The notes beneath the pieces were generated by a model. The model was given only the letters and a program-made list of their open reading frames with translations, did not search any database and had not been told where the DNA came from. DNA of 64,000 bases. Source: Magallana gigas (lineage: Eukaryota). Positions 40,373-52,972 of the stretch are shown here, in pieces. The translations under genes were made by a program, and so were the position numbers. Location: NCBI RefSeq assembly GCF_963853765.1, contig NC_088861.1, forward strand, positions 1,302,001 to 1,366,000. The letters run 5' to 3'. The stretch's first letter is position 1; each line of letters starts with the position of its first letter.

Positions 40373-43300
40373 ATGACAAATATTACATGCCAGTTGGTTG
40401 TTAATGCAATTATTTGCAATGGCACAACTTACGTGGAAGAAGAGGAGAAGCTGACGTACCGTGACGAGTGGTTCTGGATCTATCTCGGTATCTATGTAGG
40501 CCTTGTACTGGTTGCAGGTAAATGAAAGAATTTTCTCGAATTTCCTCGATTCTTTTAGTTTCACTTTTCCGGATGTTGATAAATCATTGAAAATCTCAGC
40601 AAATACCCGAAAAGGCAACTCAATCATGCATGCACTGATAAATGTGAATGTGTTGTTAAAAACTAGACAGAAACCTGACTTCTCTATTTATTTTAATGTA
40701 ATTTAAAACACATCCTATTTGCGGCGGAGGATAGGCCTGCATCTAATGGTGCAGGCTCAATACCATCACACTCTTTCTAGCATTAGCTACTGTGTGTTAA
40801 TCCTTTGGCTGTGTTGTTTTTGCAGCTATATGTTCACTGTGTTATTATTTTGTAATAAGATCAAGATGGGAGAAATAATTATTTGAACCCGGACCCTCTA
40901 AATCTCTAGTCAGTTGCTCTACCAAATGAGCTATCTGGTATTTGAACCGATCTTTCCCCCTTAAATGATCTTTTCCCTTGAAGATCTCCCTAGGTTCTCC
41001 CCAATGCAGGAGTTAACCTGTCAGTTCATTCCAGGGGTTGTCGTGACATGGCACCAAATGTAATGGGATGGGAGAAATAATGACAGACCAGACTGGGATT
41101 CAAACTGGGCCCCCTGAATCTCAAGTCAGGTGCTTTACCAATTGAACTATCTGGCGGTGGTATTCGAACCGGTCTGACAATCACAATTTCAAGATGTTAA
41201 ACATAGAATTGCAAGTCATATCTTTATGAAATTCTTTTTATGCTTTGACCTAAATTAAATTAAATCAATAAAAAAGAAAACTCCAAAATAAAGTATATTG
41301 AATAAAATTTAAGTGCAAATGTAGGAGATGAACTTGACAGCCTCTTTTGCATATTAATATGATTTTTTTTGGCAATAAAATCTCTAACCCAGGAATTTTT
41401 AATTTCTTTTATTAACAGGACTGATGTCTGGGCTGACCATGGGTCTTCTCTCCCTGGACCTAATGACACTACAAATCATGAAGGAGGGAGGAACCCCCAA
41501 GCAACAGAGACAAGCAAGGAAGATCCTCCCCATCGTCAAACGCCATCACTTGCTCCTAGTCACCCTACTGCTGGCCAATGCTGGGGCCGTGGAGGCTATG
41601 CCTATATTCCTGGACAGAATTTCCTCTCCTGTGATAGCTATTGTTGTGTCTGTTACTGCTGTGTTAATATTTGGAGAGTAAGTTTACAGCAATGTGAAGA
41701 AAATTCAAACATTAACATGTTAAGATGAGATCCTTGGAATCTCACAATCACTTTTGCCTTTTGACTGACCAGGGGTTTCTAATTATGCTATTTGACAATT
41801 TTTAAGAGGTTACTCAGGTATATCATAACTCAAGAATATTATGAAAAGTTTCAAAAGATGTTCGACAATACACCTGTATGTGATTTGCTTTGAAATTATA
41901 TTCACCAGAGACACTGAAGTAATAATATTCATAAAAGCTTGAAAAATATATTTTCCCTTTATGTTAATTTTTTTTATTAATTTAAATATAGAAAAAATGA
42001 AGAAATCCCTGATTTTATGATATTGTATTTATTTAGAGTTGTTCCTCAAGCAATCTGTACAAGATTTGGATTGGCCATTGGAGCCACACTAGCACCGTAA
42101 GTTAATGTACATTTACACAAAAACACCATTATTTTTATCCTAAAACAATTCATGGTTAACAATTTACCAGTATGCAAATACAATGTACAAGTAAATTATC
42201 TAAGGAATAATGGAATATTGTAGTATTATGAGGTGATCAAATATGGTCAGGGGTGATCAAATCCAATAAAGCATGATATGCTTAATGATAGATTTGAAAT
42301 TTTGATGTAATGACATAGATTTACATGTAGTTATGTGTATCCTAACTGTAGGCTCGTTTATGTTCTGATGGGTCTGCTTTTTGTTGTGACCTGGCCATTG
42401 TCCAAGCTCTTGGACTGTGTGTTGGGAGAGGATCATGGGACATTTTTCCGACGGGCCCAGCTCAAAGTTCTTGTGGACTTGCACGGTCCCAATTCCCAAG
42501 CCAACCTCAGCCATCAACAGGAGGAGGATGATGATGAACCTCTGTCAATTGATGAGGTCTTAATCATAAAGGTTTGTACATGTTACAACGTTATTCATGA
42601 CAGGATGGAACAATAAGAGAATATCAAAGTCACCAATCTTCAAATAGTGCATGAATAAACTGTTTTTCTGGTGCAGTATGACATGTTGCTTTAAAGTGCG
42701 TTATATATATTATGTGAAAATGGTGTGTTGATACATGTATTGTAGATACTGGTAGGCCATTGTTTGAAAAAGTTCTGTAGAAAACCTCTTTTTCTGTTAA
42801 ATTCAAGTTTGATATTTACAGGTTTCCTAGCTGTGTTGGTTCATTTTATGGTTGTTTTTTTTTCACATTCTTTCAATATACTTTAACTTGGTGAATATAT
42901 ATTTCTTTGTGAAAAAATATTTACAATGGCTCAATTGATGTTTGTGGAAATTTTTTTTACTAGAAAACTGGGTGAGATTAATAATGTCAGTGTATTTTCC
43001 ACTTTTAAGTAACTTAAAGATAATTTTACAGTGTTAGGCACATGTTCCTTTTTTTGATGTCTCTGTATAATATATATTACAGGGTGCACTTGACATGAAG
43101 AACAAGACAGTGAGAGATGCCATGCTGCCTTTGGGTGATGTGTTCATGATTGATGCTGACTCAGCAATGGATAAACCTACCATGAGCAAGGTTGCTTATA
43201 TATGCTTGTTTTTGTTCACTTGTATGTTACTTTATATCTCTCTCAGAAAATTATCCCATCTTGCTTTTTTCCTTTACTGGTAAAATGTTTTACATTAAGG

Positions 43301-46300
43301 CCTTTGTTTGATATTTATACTTTGTTTTTAAGAATAAATCAAGGATTTATTGTGCCACTTTCTATCGCAAAACATTTTTAGGGGAAGGGAAGTGATTACC
43401 AAGAATATTACAATTAGCTTCCTTTAACCTAACCTAGCAAAGGTCTGATGTGAAAAAATTCATTTTAGGTTCAACAACACAACACTTATCTGTTGATTCA
43501 GTTCTTTTGAAAGTGATTCTGATTGTGCACTGTCAAGGTTCATTAAGAGGGCTCAATGATCAAGACCATTTTTAGACATTATCACTCTCCTTTAAAACAA
43601 GAGCTTTATATAAAAATATAGGAAAATTCCCAACCATAAAAAATAAAATATGTGGTTTTTTTATTACTAAATAATAGCTTTAAGATGAGCAAATCATATC
43701 TTAAAAGGTTATGTAGATCTGATGATTAATTTGTTGACATCTAGCCTCCTTAAATCTGTTGTGTTAATTGATAGAATTTGTGGTGGCTCAATTTTTGTGG
43801 CATTGATGGGTAGCCCTCCACCATGAATATACATCCTTGATGAAAATAGATTTTAAAAGAGTTATTTTTTTGAAAACCAACACATCCACAAAATTACACT
43901 CCAACGAATAAGCAAAAAACCCACAAACCACGTAAGTTGGCTACCCTTAAATTTAAATGATTCCACAGTACCTGTGAAAACATATTTTCTTGATCACTTT
44001 CTCTTAGTTTTTCACTATCAAATAAATAAACCCTGATATGTTTCAGATTCTGCATCAAGCCCACTCTCGTGTCCCTGTTTATGAGCACCATGAAGGCAAT
44101 GTAGTGGGGTTACTGCTTGTCAAGAACTACATCATGTTGAACCCTGAGGACAGAACCCCTGTGCGGGATCTACTGAACGATTGCACCCGGAGCCTCCTTT
44201 ATGTTTATGATGATATGCCTTTATTTGATTTACTGAATATATTTCAAACTGGAAAAAGTAAGAGTCCTACATGATAAAATACATTTAAGAGAAGTAAATA
44301 CTAGTAGTCTCGATCATGTTCATTATTTATAATCTTCTACAAAGCATTGTAGTGCAGTATGAAAATACATTTAATTCATGGGTGATGAAAGTCATGTTCA
44401 TTATAATTAATATACATTTTAACTTCCACTCTCATTATGTATATACATGTACAAATAACAGGAATATCATCTTAATGTATGTTACCTGTAAAAAGACTTG
44501 ATGAAACCTTTCATATTACCAAATGACTTTTTATGATAATACGTAATGTCGAATTTTCTTGTCTTTTATTTTACATTCATGCAGTATGTATCAATTTTGA
44601 TTGGACAGGTCACTTAGCCTTTGTGAGGAAACACACAGAGATAAAAGACATAGACGAAGGATATGAAGTTGAAATTTCCCCAGAATCTCAAGAGGTCAGA
44701 CAAAACAATTTTTTTCTTAACCTCAAGAATTGTTTAAGGAGGACAGCTGTGTTGATTTTTTACCAAAAGATCTTTGGACATTTTCTAGAGATGTCTTTTA
44801 TTTTTTAACCTCAGATAATTGGTATAATAACATTGGAGGATGTGATAGAAGAGCTAATTCAAGAGGAGATAATCGATGAAACAGATGTCTATGTAGATAT
44901 ACACCAGAGAATTCAAGTGGCAAGAGCAAAGAAAGCAAGGCTATCTGTAAGTGCATTAGTGAATTTGGCCTATTCTCATTTCTGTCTTCTTTAGAATGTG
45001 GTGATTTTAGAATTTAGTACACAAGCTTTTATTTTCAACATCAACACTGTAAAATGCTTTGACAGGTTATATTTAATTTCATTATATTTTTATAATTTTT
45101 AATCTACATGTTGTATGAACTAACAATTCTATGTATTTTCATAACTAATTTGTTTTTATTATTTTCTAATTGTATTATGTTGATTTCAGTTTTTCATCAA
45201 TGAAATTAAAAAAAAAAAATAGATCTTGAACTTAAGTTTGTAGTTTGGTCACAGATAAAGTAATTTTTCCTTAAATAAAAAAAATCATAAAAGTAGGTTT
45301 TTACCAAACCATATATGAAATAGAAGTATTTAGTTGATTAAGTAAATTTACCAAAAGAGCTTTTGTTTTAGATGTTAAATCGACTTCACTCTCAAGACCC
45401 TGATCGGAGTAATCTCCCTTCTGCCAGTAACGCAGCAGGCTTTCATATCTCTGAGTTAGATGATATTGTGAGTGGGATACCCTTGATGTTGTTCTTTAGC
45501 TATATCTCTGAACATGTTGCCTGCTTTTGCTTTAGATTTCTTAATGTTTAGAAAATGTTCATGTAGCATTAGTCTTTTTGTATTTACATGTTACTTTACA
45601 AAGCCTCAATCGGTAGATAATAATTTCTGTTAAATTTCAAATCACTTGTATTAGCTCTTTGACATTATACTTTTATTTATTTATTTGTAAGACCCATTTT
45701 AGTAAATACCTCATGTGTTGTTTAGTATTAGTTGCAGTGGCTATCTATCAATCTTTTTATCTGCTTTTAGCTAACCTAGTATAATTTTTTTGTTTACCAT
45801 AAACTTTCTAGAAAGGCGAACTATTCATGCACAAATAAAATACAATTGCCTTAAACAAGGTTATTAATTAAATTCTGCTGGAAATTAAAAATTGATATAA
45901 AATGTGCACATATCAAAGCCAAATTGCAATATATAGAAAATGATAGTTCTACGGTTCAATTGATAATAATGTTTTAAACACAGACTGATAGGGGAATGAA
46001 AGAAACCAGACCTAAATAACAAAGATTGTTTGACATGCATTTTTAGTACTCAGGTGACCTATTGCTATCCGTTTTCGTCCGTCGTTGTGCGTAATGCGTC
46101 GTGCGTCGTCCGTTGTGCGTAACAATTTTACATTTGTAACTTCTTCTTAAAAACTACAAGTCCAATTGTGATCATTTTTGATGTGAGGCATCTATATGGT
46201 AAGAGGAATTTAAATTGTGAAATTCATGGCTCTACCGTCCCCGGGGTCCACAGGTGGGGCCAAATATCAAAAAAAAAAAACCCAAAATTTTCAAAAATCT

Positions 46301-48221
46301 TCTTCTCTACTCCCACACATGTGAGGAAAAATCAGGTTGCATGGCTATGATGTCCATGAAGCCCTCTACCAAAATTGTGAAATTTATGGCCCTTAGGTCA
46401 GGGGTTTTGGCTCCGGAGTGGAGCCAATATGGCCATATAGTTAAATGTATTGAATCTTAGAAAATCTTCTCCTCTACTCCCATAAATATTTGTTAAAAAC
46501 TAAATGCATGATTATGATGTTCATGAAGCCCTCTAACAAAATTGTGAAATTCATGACGCCTGTGTCAGGGGTTCAGGCTCTAGGGTGGGGCCAATATGGC
46601 CATATAGTAAAAATGTATTGAATTAGAAAATCTTCTCCTCTACTCCCATATATATTTGTTAAAAATAAAATGCATGATTATGATGTCCATGTAGCCCTCA
46701 ACCAAAATTGAGAAATTCATGGCCCCTGGATCAGGGGTTCAAGCTCTAGGGTGGGGCCAATATGGCCATATAGTAAAAATGTATTGAATTAGAAAATCTT
46801 CTCCTCTACTCCCATATATATTTGTTAAAAACTAAATGCATGATTATGATGTCCATGAAGCCCTCAACCAAAATTGTGAAATTCATGACCCCTGTGTCAG
46901 GGGTTCGGGCTTTAGGGTTAAGCCAATATGGCCATATAGTTAAAATGTATTAAATCTTAAAAAATCTTCTTTATTCCCACACATATGGGCAAAAAAATTG
47001 AATACATGGTTATGATATCCATTAACTCATCTACCAAAATTGTGAAATTCATAGCCCCTGGGTCAGGGGTTCAGGGCATGGTTGGGGGGGGGGGGGCAAT
47101 ATAGTGTTAATGCATATTATGTTTAAAAATCTTCTTGTCTATTCTCACACATCTGTATGAAAAACCGACTTCATAGTTATGTTTACCAGAAAGTCCTCTA
47201 CTAAAATTTTTAATTTCATGTCACCTGGAGTATGGGTTTTGAGGGGAGACCCTAGGGCAGGGCCAAAATGGATGTATAGGTGTTAATCCATATAATGTTT
47301 AAAAATTATCTTACTCCCACACACCTGAAAGGAAAACTGAATTCATGATTTTGTAGACCAGATCTTTAAGTTTTTCACCAAAATTAAAGGTTTCATAGTT
47401 CTTTTTGAAAAATGTCAGGCAGGGAGATGGTCGTCATTACAAATTTATAATTTTTCTACACCAGAATGAAACCTAATTAAATGCATATATGAGACTCCTC
47501 GACAAGTTTGGGTATAGGTTATATGCTACTCAGGTGACCGTTAAGGCCAATTGGCTTCTTGTTAAAATTTGCTTTTGGAAGTTGATTCATTCAGAATTAT
47601 TTAAGCATATCAGAAATTTTGTTTCAATTTCTATAGATATTCTATTACATGTATAAATGAGATATTTTCTTTTTATCATAGCTTTTTCATTTATCATTCA
47701 TTTTATCATCATTCTTTGAAGGATTATTGTCATCAATTATTCTTGTAACAGTTATAATTACATATTACTCTTAAGATAATCAAAAGAAAATCCCCACAAA
47801 ATTCATTGTTTATAGTTTTTTGGGGACTTAAGCATCAGGTAAAATATTGTCACATCGATCAATTTCATTGCCTTCTTGAAAAGGGGAATTACCAGCAGTT
47901 TATTTTTTCAATTCTAAGTAAAAACAAAATTGAATTATTTCCCTTTTTCAAAATTTACTTACCAATAATAATACGCCATATGTCAGCTGCATAATATTTT
48001 GAAAAAGATTTGCTTGAGAAACTAAAGATCAAAGTTTTATTCCTTATGTGTGATATTTCATTATATAGTGCATGACCAAAAGTAAATCCCAGCCGGCCCT
48101 GAAGAAATCTCCAGTGAAGCGGGCACTATCAGGCTCTGTCCCAGAGGACAGCAACATGCACCCCAACAACTATGATGAGGGGGACAGGGCGCCACTGTTG
48201 TCTACAGTTGTTTTCACTTGA
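40373..48221 (+). CDS. DUF21 (CNNM transmembrane) plus CBS-pair metal (Mg/Mn) transporter, plant CBSDUF/Mam3-like, 10 exons, 489 aa
   Basis: Exons with GT-AG boundaries and consistent phases: 40373-40517, 41419-41677, 42037-42096, 42352-42571, 43083-43190, 44047-44257, 44609-44694, 44815-44946, 45372-45467, 48069-48221 (1470 nt). An in-frame TAA at 40316 precedes the ATG. Motifs: [99 protein letters not shown]. The last two exons are less certain because they are low-conservation tail. Confidence 0.92.
40865..41178 (-). mobile_element. Tandem pair of tRNA-derived SINE-like units (period ~202 bp) in intron 1 of the DUF21 gene
   Basis: On the minus strand, heads AGCTCATTTGGTAGAGC..GGGTTCAAAT (40881-40938) and AGTTCAATTGGTAAAGC..GTTTGAATCCCAGTCTGG (41086-41154). 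GATGGGAGAAATAAT recurs at 40865 and 41067. Both cloverleafs are degenerate, so these are not functional tRNAs. Confidence 0.75.
46040..47563 (+). mobile_element. Helentron-associated (HINE/CvA-like) element carrying a 166-167 bp Cg170/HindIII-type satellite array, in intron 9 of the DUF21 gene
   Basis: TTTTTAG start; TACTCAGGTGACC at both ends (46047, 47527); CGTC-rich microsatellite at ~46073-46120; 3' short hairpin AAGGCCAATTGGCTT followed by CTTGTT. The anchor AAAATT..AAATT(C/T)AT recurs at 46371, 46538, 46704, 46870, 47036 and 47203 (spacing 166-167). Confidence 0.88.
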
Positions 48222-51208
48222 ATCAGCTTAAATCAACCTTAATTGGCTTAAAATCTTTGAATTATTTACATCATAGTATTTATACATATTTTGTTTTGAT
48301 ATTTTTGTATATTCTATATACTTCGATCAATGCATTACATGCACTTGTTTTTGCAATAATGTAAGAAATATATTGTTATGAAATCTTTTTTTTGCAACTT
48401 TTTGCTTTGACAGTTATATATATAATATATTATACATTTAGAAGGACCACACATAAAACATTTAGATTGGCCACATGTGAATTTATTTCAAAATATTATC
48501 TACAAGGACCACACATGATTTTATTTTCAATTTCATCGAATCTCTCATTTAAAACATAGTTTTGTTAAAAAGTATCTTTGGGTATTTTTAGTTGCATAAC
48601 AGGGAATCTGAGCAAATGACAAGCATGTGTACATTAATTCTATATTGGGGTCCAAATATAGAAATAACAATCTGATTTCCTTTTTTTCTGTATCTACCTC
48701 GTTTCTACATTGGCAATGCTTTTGAATTGAATTACATCAAGAAAGGTATGTCTATTACTATAAAGTAAAATTTGATTTTTACAAACTCAAGGTAAATTTG
48801 AATTCTATTTGCACTGTGCTTAAATACAGTTTTACTGTATTTATTCATAGTATATATATCATTTATTTAAAACTACAAACTGTTTATCTCCACATGTTTT
48901 CTTTTGATAAACTGCTGCTCATCGTGTGAAAATTGTTTCTTATTCATAGTGTGTATTTCTGGTGCATGCATTGAATTGGACATATTACCGTACTTGTTGA
49001 TGTAGGAGATTTCATGAGACTACGTGTACAATGTAAATTCTTTGTTTAATTGATTTTAATCAATAATTAATGCCAAAGCTCATTGGAATTGACTCTGTGT
49101 GTGTATTATTATAGTAATGTACTTTCATACCATACATGTCAGGTATAAATGAATTTCTTCTGTATGAATATTTCATAACTATCATTTTATGTTTTCCTTA
49201 TAAAATGTTATAAAAACAGTTGACTTGATTTGGTATTAAAATGTGTAGTAATATTTGCGTTGACATCCTGAATTCTAAGTGCTATTTTTGATAACAGTTG
49301 TTGAAACTGTTTTTATCTTTCATTACTAGATACGTGTGTACATATACGTAGTTATCTTCCAGTTGTTTTTGTTTGTTTTTAAATTACATATTAACTTAAC
49401 AGGGGCTTTTGATAAAGTGTTTTTTTTTATCATTTTGGTTATGTAACACCAGAAAGTTTAGATAACCTTTTGCAAAGGCAAATCACTTTTTTATAGATGT
49501 ATTGCGGTAGGAAATATTTATTTTGGTGGATGATTATTTGTTTCCTTTTAACTGACAACATAATCCTGAACAAATTATTTTTCTTTCATATTGTTGTCTC
49601 CTTATTTATTCTTCAAATGAATACCATGTGTTTAATGTTCAAAATTTCTTTAAGATTAATTATAGTTTTCCATTCTCTGACCCTTTATGCTGTTATAAAT
49701 TTGAAAAGATAAAAAATCAGAATTTGTATAAATTATAGTTTTGCTTGCTTGTAAAATGTTGATTACTTATCATAATTAACACCCAACAAATATTATCCTG
49801 TGTATTGTAACTATACATGTATGCATGTCTGGTTGGGTAGGATGGTGTACTTCTACTGTCAATCATAATGTGTTACATGGCTTATACATTTAATAACAAG
49901 TGCTTGAAAGGGTAATTAAAACATACATGTATATGTTTGATCTGTCATTGCTTTGATAATCTATTTCTCCATTACTCTTTATTGTATTGGCGTGATGTGT
50001 CTCAATCCTAGTCTGATGAACAAATTAATGTAATGTATGTGGTTCTAAGAACTACCTTAATATCTTAGCTATCCTATGATCGAATAGTACAACATATATA
50101 GTATATAATCAGTTCACATGTATGACATGAATAGAGTGAGGGTTAATTTAATTTAAAATAAATAAATAACTGTTACTTAAGCAAAAATATTTTTGTTTTT
50201 TAATCATAGTTTTTTACAGATTGGAAAATTGCGAAAAGGCAGTAATTTGTTTGAAGAGTTCAGGTATTATGAAACAGAAGTTTATTGGAAGAGAGACATT
50301 TAAAACCGAGAATTGATGATAAAGAATATCATTTCCTTAGGGTCAGAGTAGGACCCGCTCGGGACAGGGTCCTATTTGAATATGAAAGTATTGTTAAAAA
50401 ACCTCTCTGAATAAAGAATAAAGGCTTTAATTTTTTCAAATAAGCATAAAGACCTTATCTACGTTGGCAAGTTCACACAACATTTAGTTTAGTACAATGT
50501 GGTATCAAAACCAGAGAGAGAAAAAATAATGGGAAGGTACCAAACAAAAAGTAAGCAAACAAAAACTATGATTTCTAAAATTATATAAAAGCAAACAAAT
50601 TATTTTGAAAATTTCTCAGAACAACTATTGGCAGATATACATATTACGTGTATACACATAGTTAATAAAGCAGTAATCTTTCAGTCTCTTGTACAATTAC
50701 TATGATCAAAATCAACCCTTTTGTTTTACACTAATGATAAATAAACATATGCTTGAATTACATAATTACTAATGATATAATTCAATTGAAATTAGAATAA
50801 AATTATAATGCAATCTTTCATATTTGTATACTAAAAAAAAAATACTTTTGCCTCATTTTTATAACACTTGCTCAATAGACAATCAGAAGTAATTTACATT
50901 AGTTGATTGACAACTGCACAAATTATGTAACAAATTTGTATATTTGAAATAAAACAGTAATTATACAGCATGACAAGCCTTTCGTTTCTTAATCTCAAAA
51001 TACAAACATATATAATGAATAAATGTATTTATGAAATATTTTCCTTTCAAGTCACATCTTCTTCGTGTATCATTATAATAGACCTAGTATTCCATGAAAG
51101 ATCATTGTCATTGTTAACAGTTAAAGTAACATTCTGTATCTATCAACGGACAAGCATTTGGATTGAAGAGTTTTTTCAGGTACCTACAGTGCCAGAAGCG
51201 TATTGCTG

Positions 51209-51617
51209 CCAGTTAGAATTAATTTTAACTGAGTCGTACGTACGAGATAATATGTCGATAAAACGACATACACTAGGTCCAACGTACGAGATACATAAAC
51301 AATGTCGTGATAACGAGATAATGTGACGTACGTACGAAATACTAAGTCGTTATAATAACGACATATTACGTGCGCCATTTTCTCGTTAGAAAGACTTATT
51401 ATTTCATACGTACGAATTAGTTTATGTCGTTTGTACGACTTAGTTTATGTCGTTATAACAACATATTTTCTCATACGCGTACGGCATATCATCTCTTACC
51501 TTGGACATATTATCTTGTTAAAACGACTAAGCATCTCGTAAATACGGCTTAGTTTCATCTCGTAAATACGACTTAGTTTCTCATATGTTCGACTCAGTTA
51601 AATATTGTTTTAACTAG
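51209..51617. mobile_element. ~410 bp foldback/MITE with ~39 bp degenerate TIRs and internal short CG-containing repeats
   Basis: The left arm CCAGTTAGAATTAATTTTAACTGAGTCGTACGTACGAGA matches the reverse complement of the right arm TCTCATATGTTCGACTCAGTTAAATATTGTTTTAACTAG. The interior is built of ACGACTTAGTTT, TGTCGTTATAA and CGTACG modules. Confidence 0.75.
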
Positions 51618-52429
51618 GTACCTTTGCATCAGGTGAAAACTATCTATGAACCAAACGTTATTTAATTTCATAAAAAAAACATTTGATACATTCTGACAGA
51701 GAACACATTTCTGAAGAAAAAAACAATTTTCCAACGGCAATGAAACTTAAGTGATATCAAAACAAATAAAACAAAATAATAGTATTACCTTTATTTTTTT
51801 TCCAGTGCACATTAAAAAAGATAAGATAGAAAAAGAAACAAAGGATATAGGCAGGGCGAAGCTACGTTTATGCCATTAAGTAACTAAAAGATGACTGGAA
51901 AATTATCAATTGAATTCAGTAGACCTTGAGTTTATTTGAAACTAAAACATTTTTTTTAACGAGAGTCCTTTCAAATAAATCTGATTCTTTATCAAAGCAA
52001 TCATCAGAACAATCTCCCTTTAACCTTGAGTGTTTCTAATACTTGTATCTTAGGCAACTATACATGTAGAATGGGCTTTATGAGTGTAGTTGGCCTTGTT
52101 ATGAACCTGCATTGCTGTCCTTTTTTCATCTTCGAAAATTCTATTAAAAATCGTGTGCGCTTTTAAAAAGGTTACTGAAAAAAATAGATTTGTATTTTTA
52201 TATCATCATATTTTCTTTAACAGATATTTGAATAGATATTTTTAATTAACTAATTGAGAGTGATGATATATCTTAGAAGTGTGATTTAAAAATGTTTGTT
52301 TATTTGTTTAGTTATGCATAAATCAAACACAGACACATTTGCTTGCGTTGAATGTTTGCTAATGAAATGCAAGATTACATTTACAGGGATAAAGGGCGTC
52401 ATAAAAAAAGATACAAACTTTAAGACAAC

Positions 52430-52460
<31 letters not shown>

Positions 52461-52842
52461 GAGGAGAGAAAATAATCAGATATGAAGACGTAAGATAAAA
52501 AAATGTATGCGCAGTTTGCATTCATACCTAACAAAATCGATTTTGAATCTATGCCAAAAATATATTATTCAAACCTTAACAGGACCATACAACACACATT
52601 TTCTGAAAATCATTCAGCTTGCGATCGATGTGGCCTTAAACAAATACAGGATTGGAGTTGTCTGGAAAGGTACCTGTAAGATAAATGTAAGTAAAATTTA
52701 AAACAGACGCCTCTGTTTTGCAAGAAAATATTTTAATAATTTTGCTTTTTTGTATTCAAATCAGAATTAAGTCTGGTTTGTTCCGGGTTCTTTTCAACTT
52801 ATTATGTTCATGCTCGTCCGTTCAAAGCGTTGATTCAGATCT

Positions 52843-52972
52843 GGAAATACCGAGAAAAAGAAAGGGAGTATATTTTCCTTAACAAAGCTTTTTTCTACAT
52901 CTGACCTACAATATAAAATATTTTGATTGCTGACGAATATTTGTTGTGACTTTTGTTTGAGTGGGTATTTCC
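52843..52972. promoter_or_regulatory. Candidate OAS promoter with kappaB-like and ISRE-like motifs
   Basis: GGAAATACC at 52843-52851 with an inverted copy GGGTATTTCC at 52963-52972; GAAAAAGAAA (GAAA-NN-GAAA) at 52854-52863; locally CpG-containing patch upstream of the candidate leader exons. Confidence 0.25.

Noticed and set aside
50220-50410. Acceptor followed by short open frames (IGKLRKG..., IDDKEYHFLRV...)
   Set aside because: No frame stays open across the block and there is no homology I recognise.
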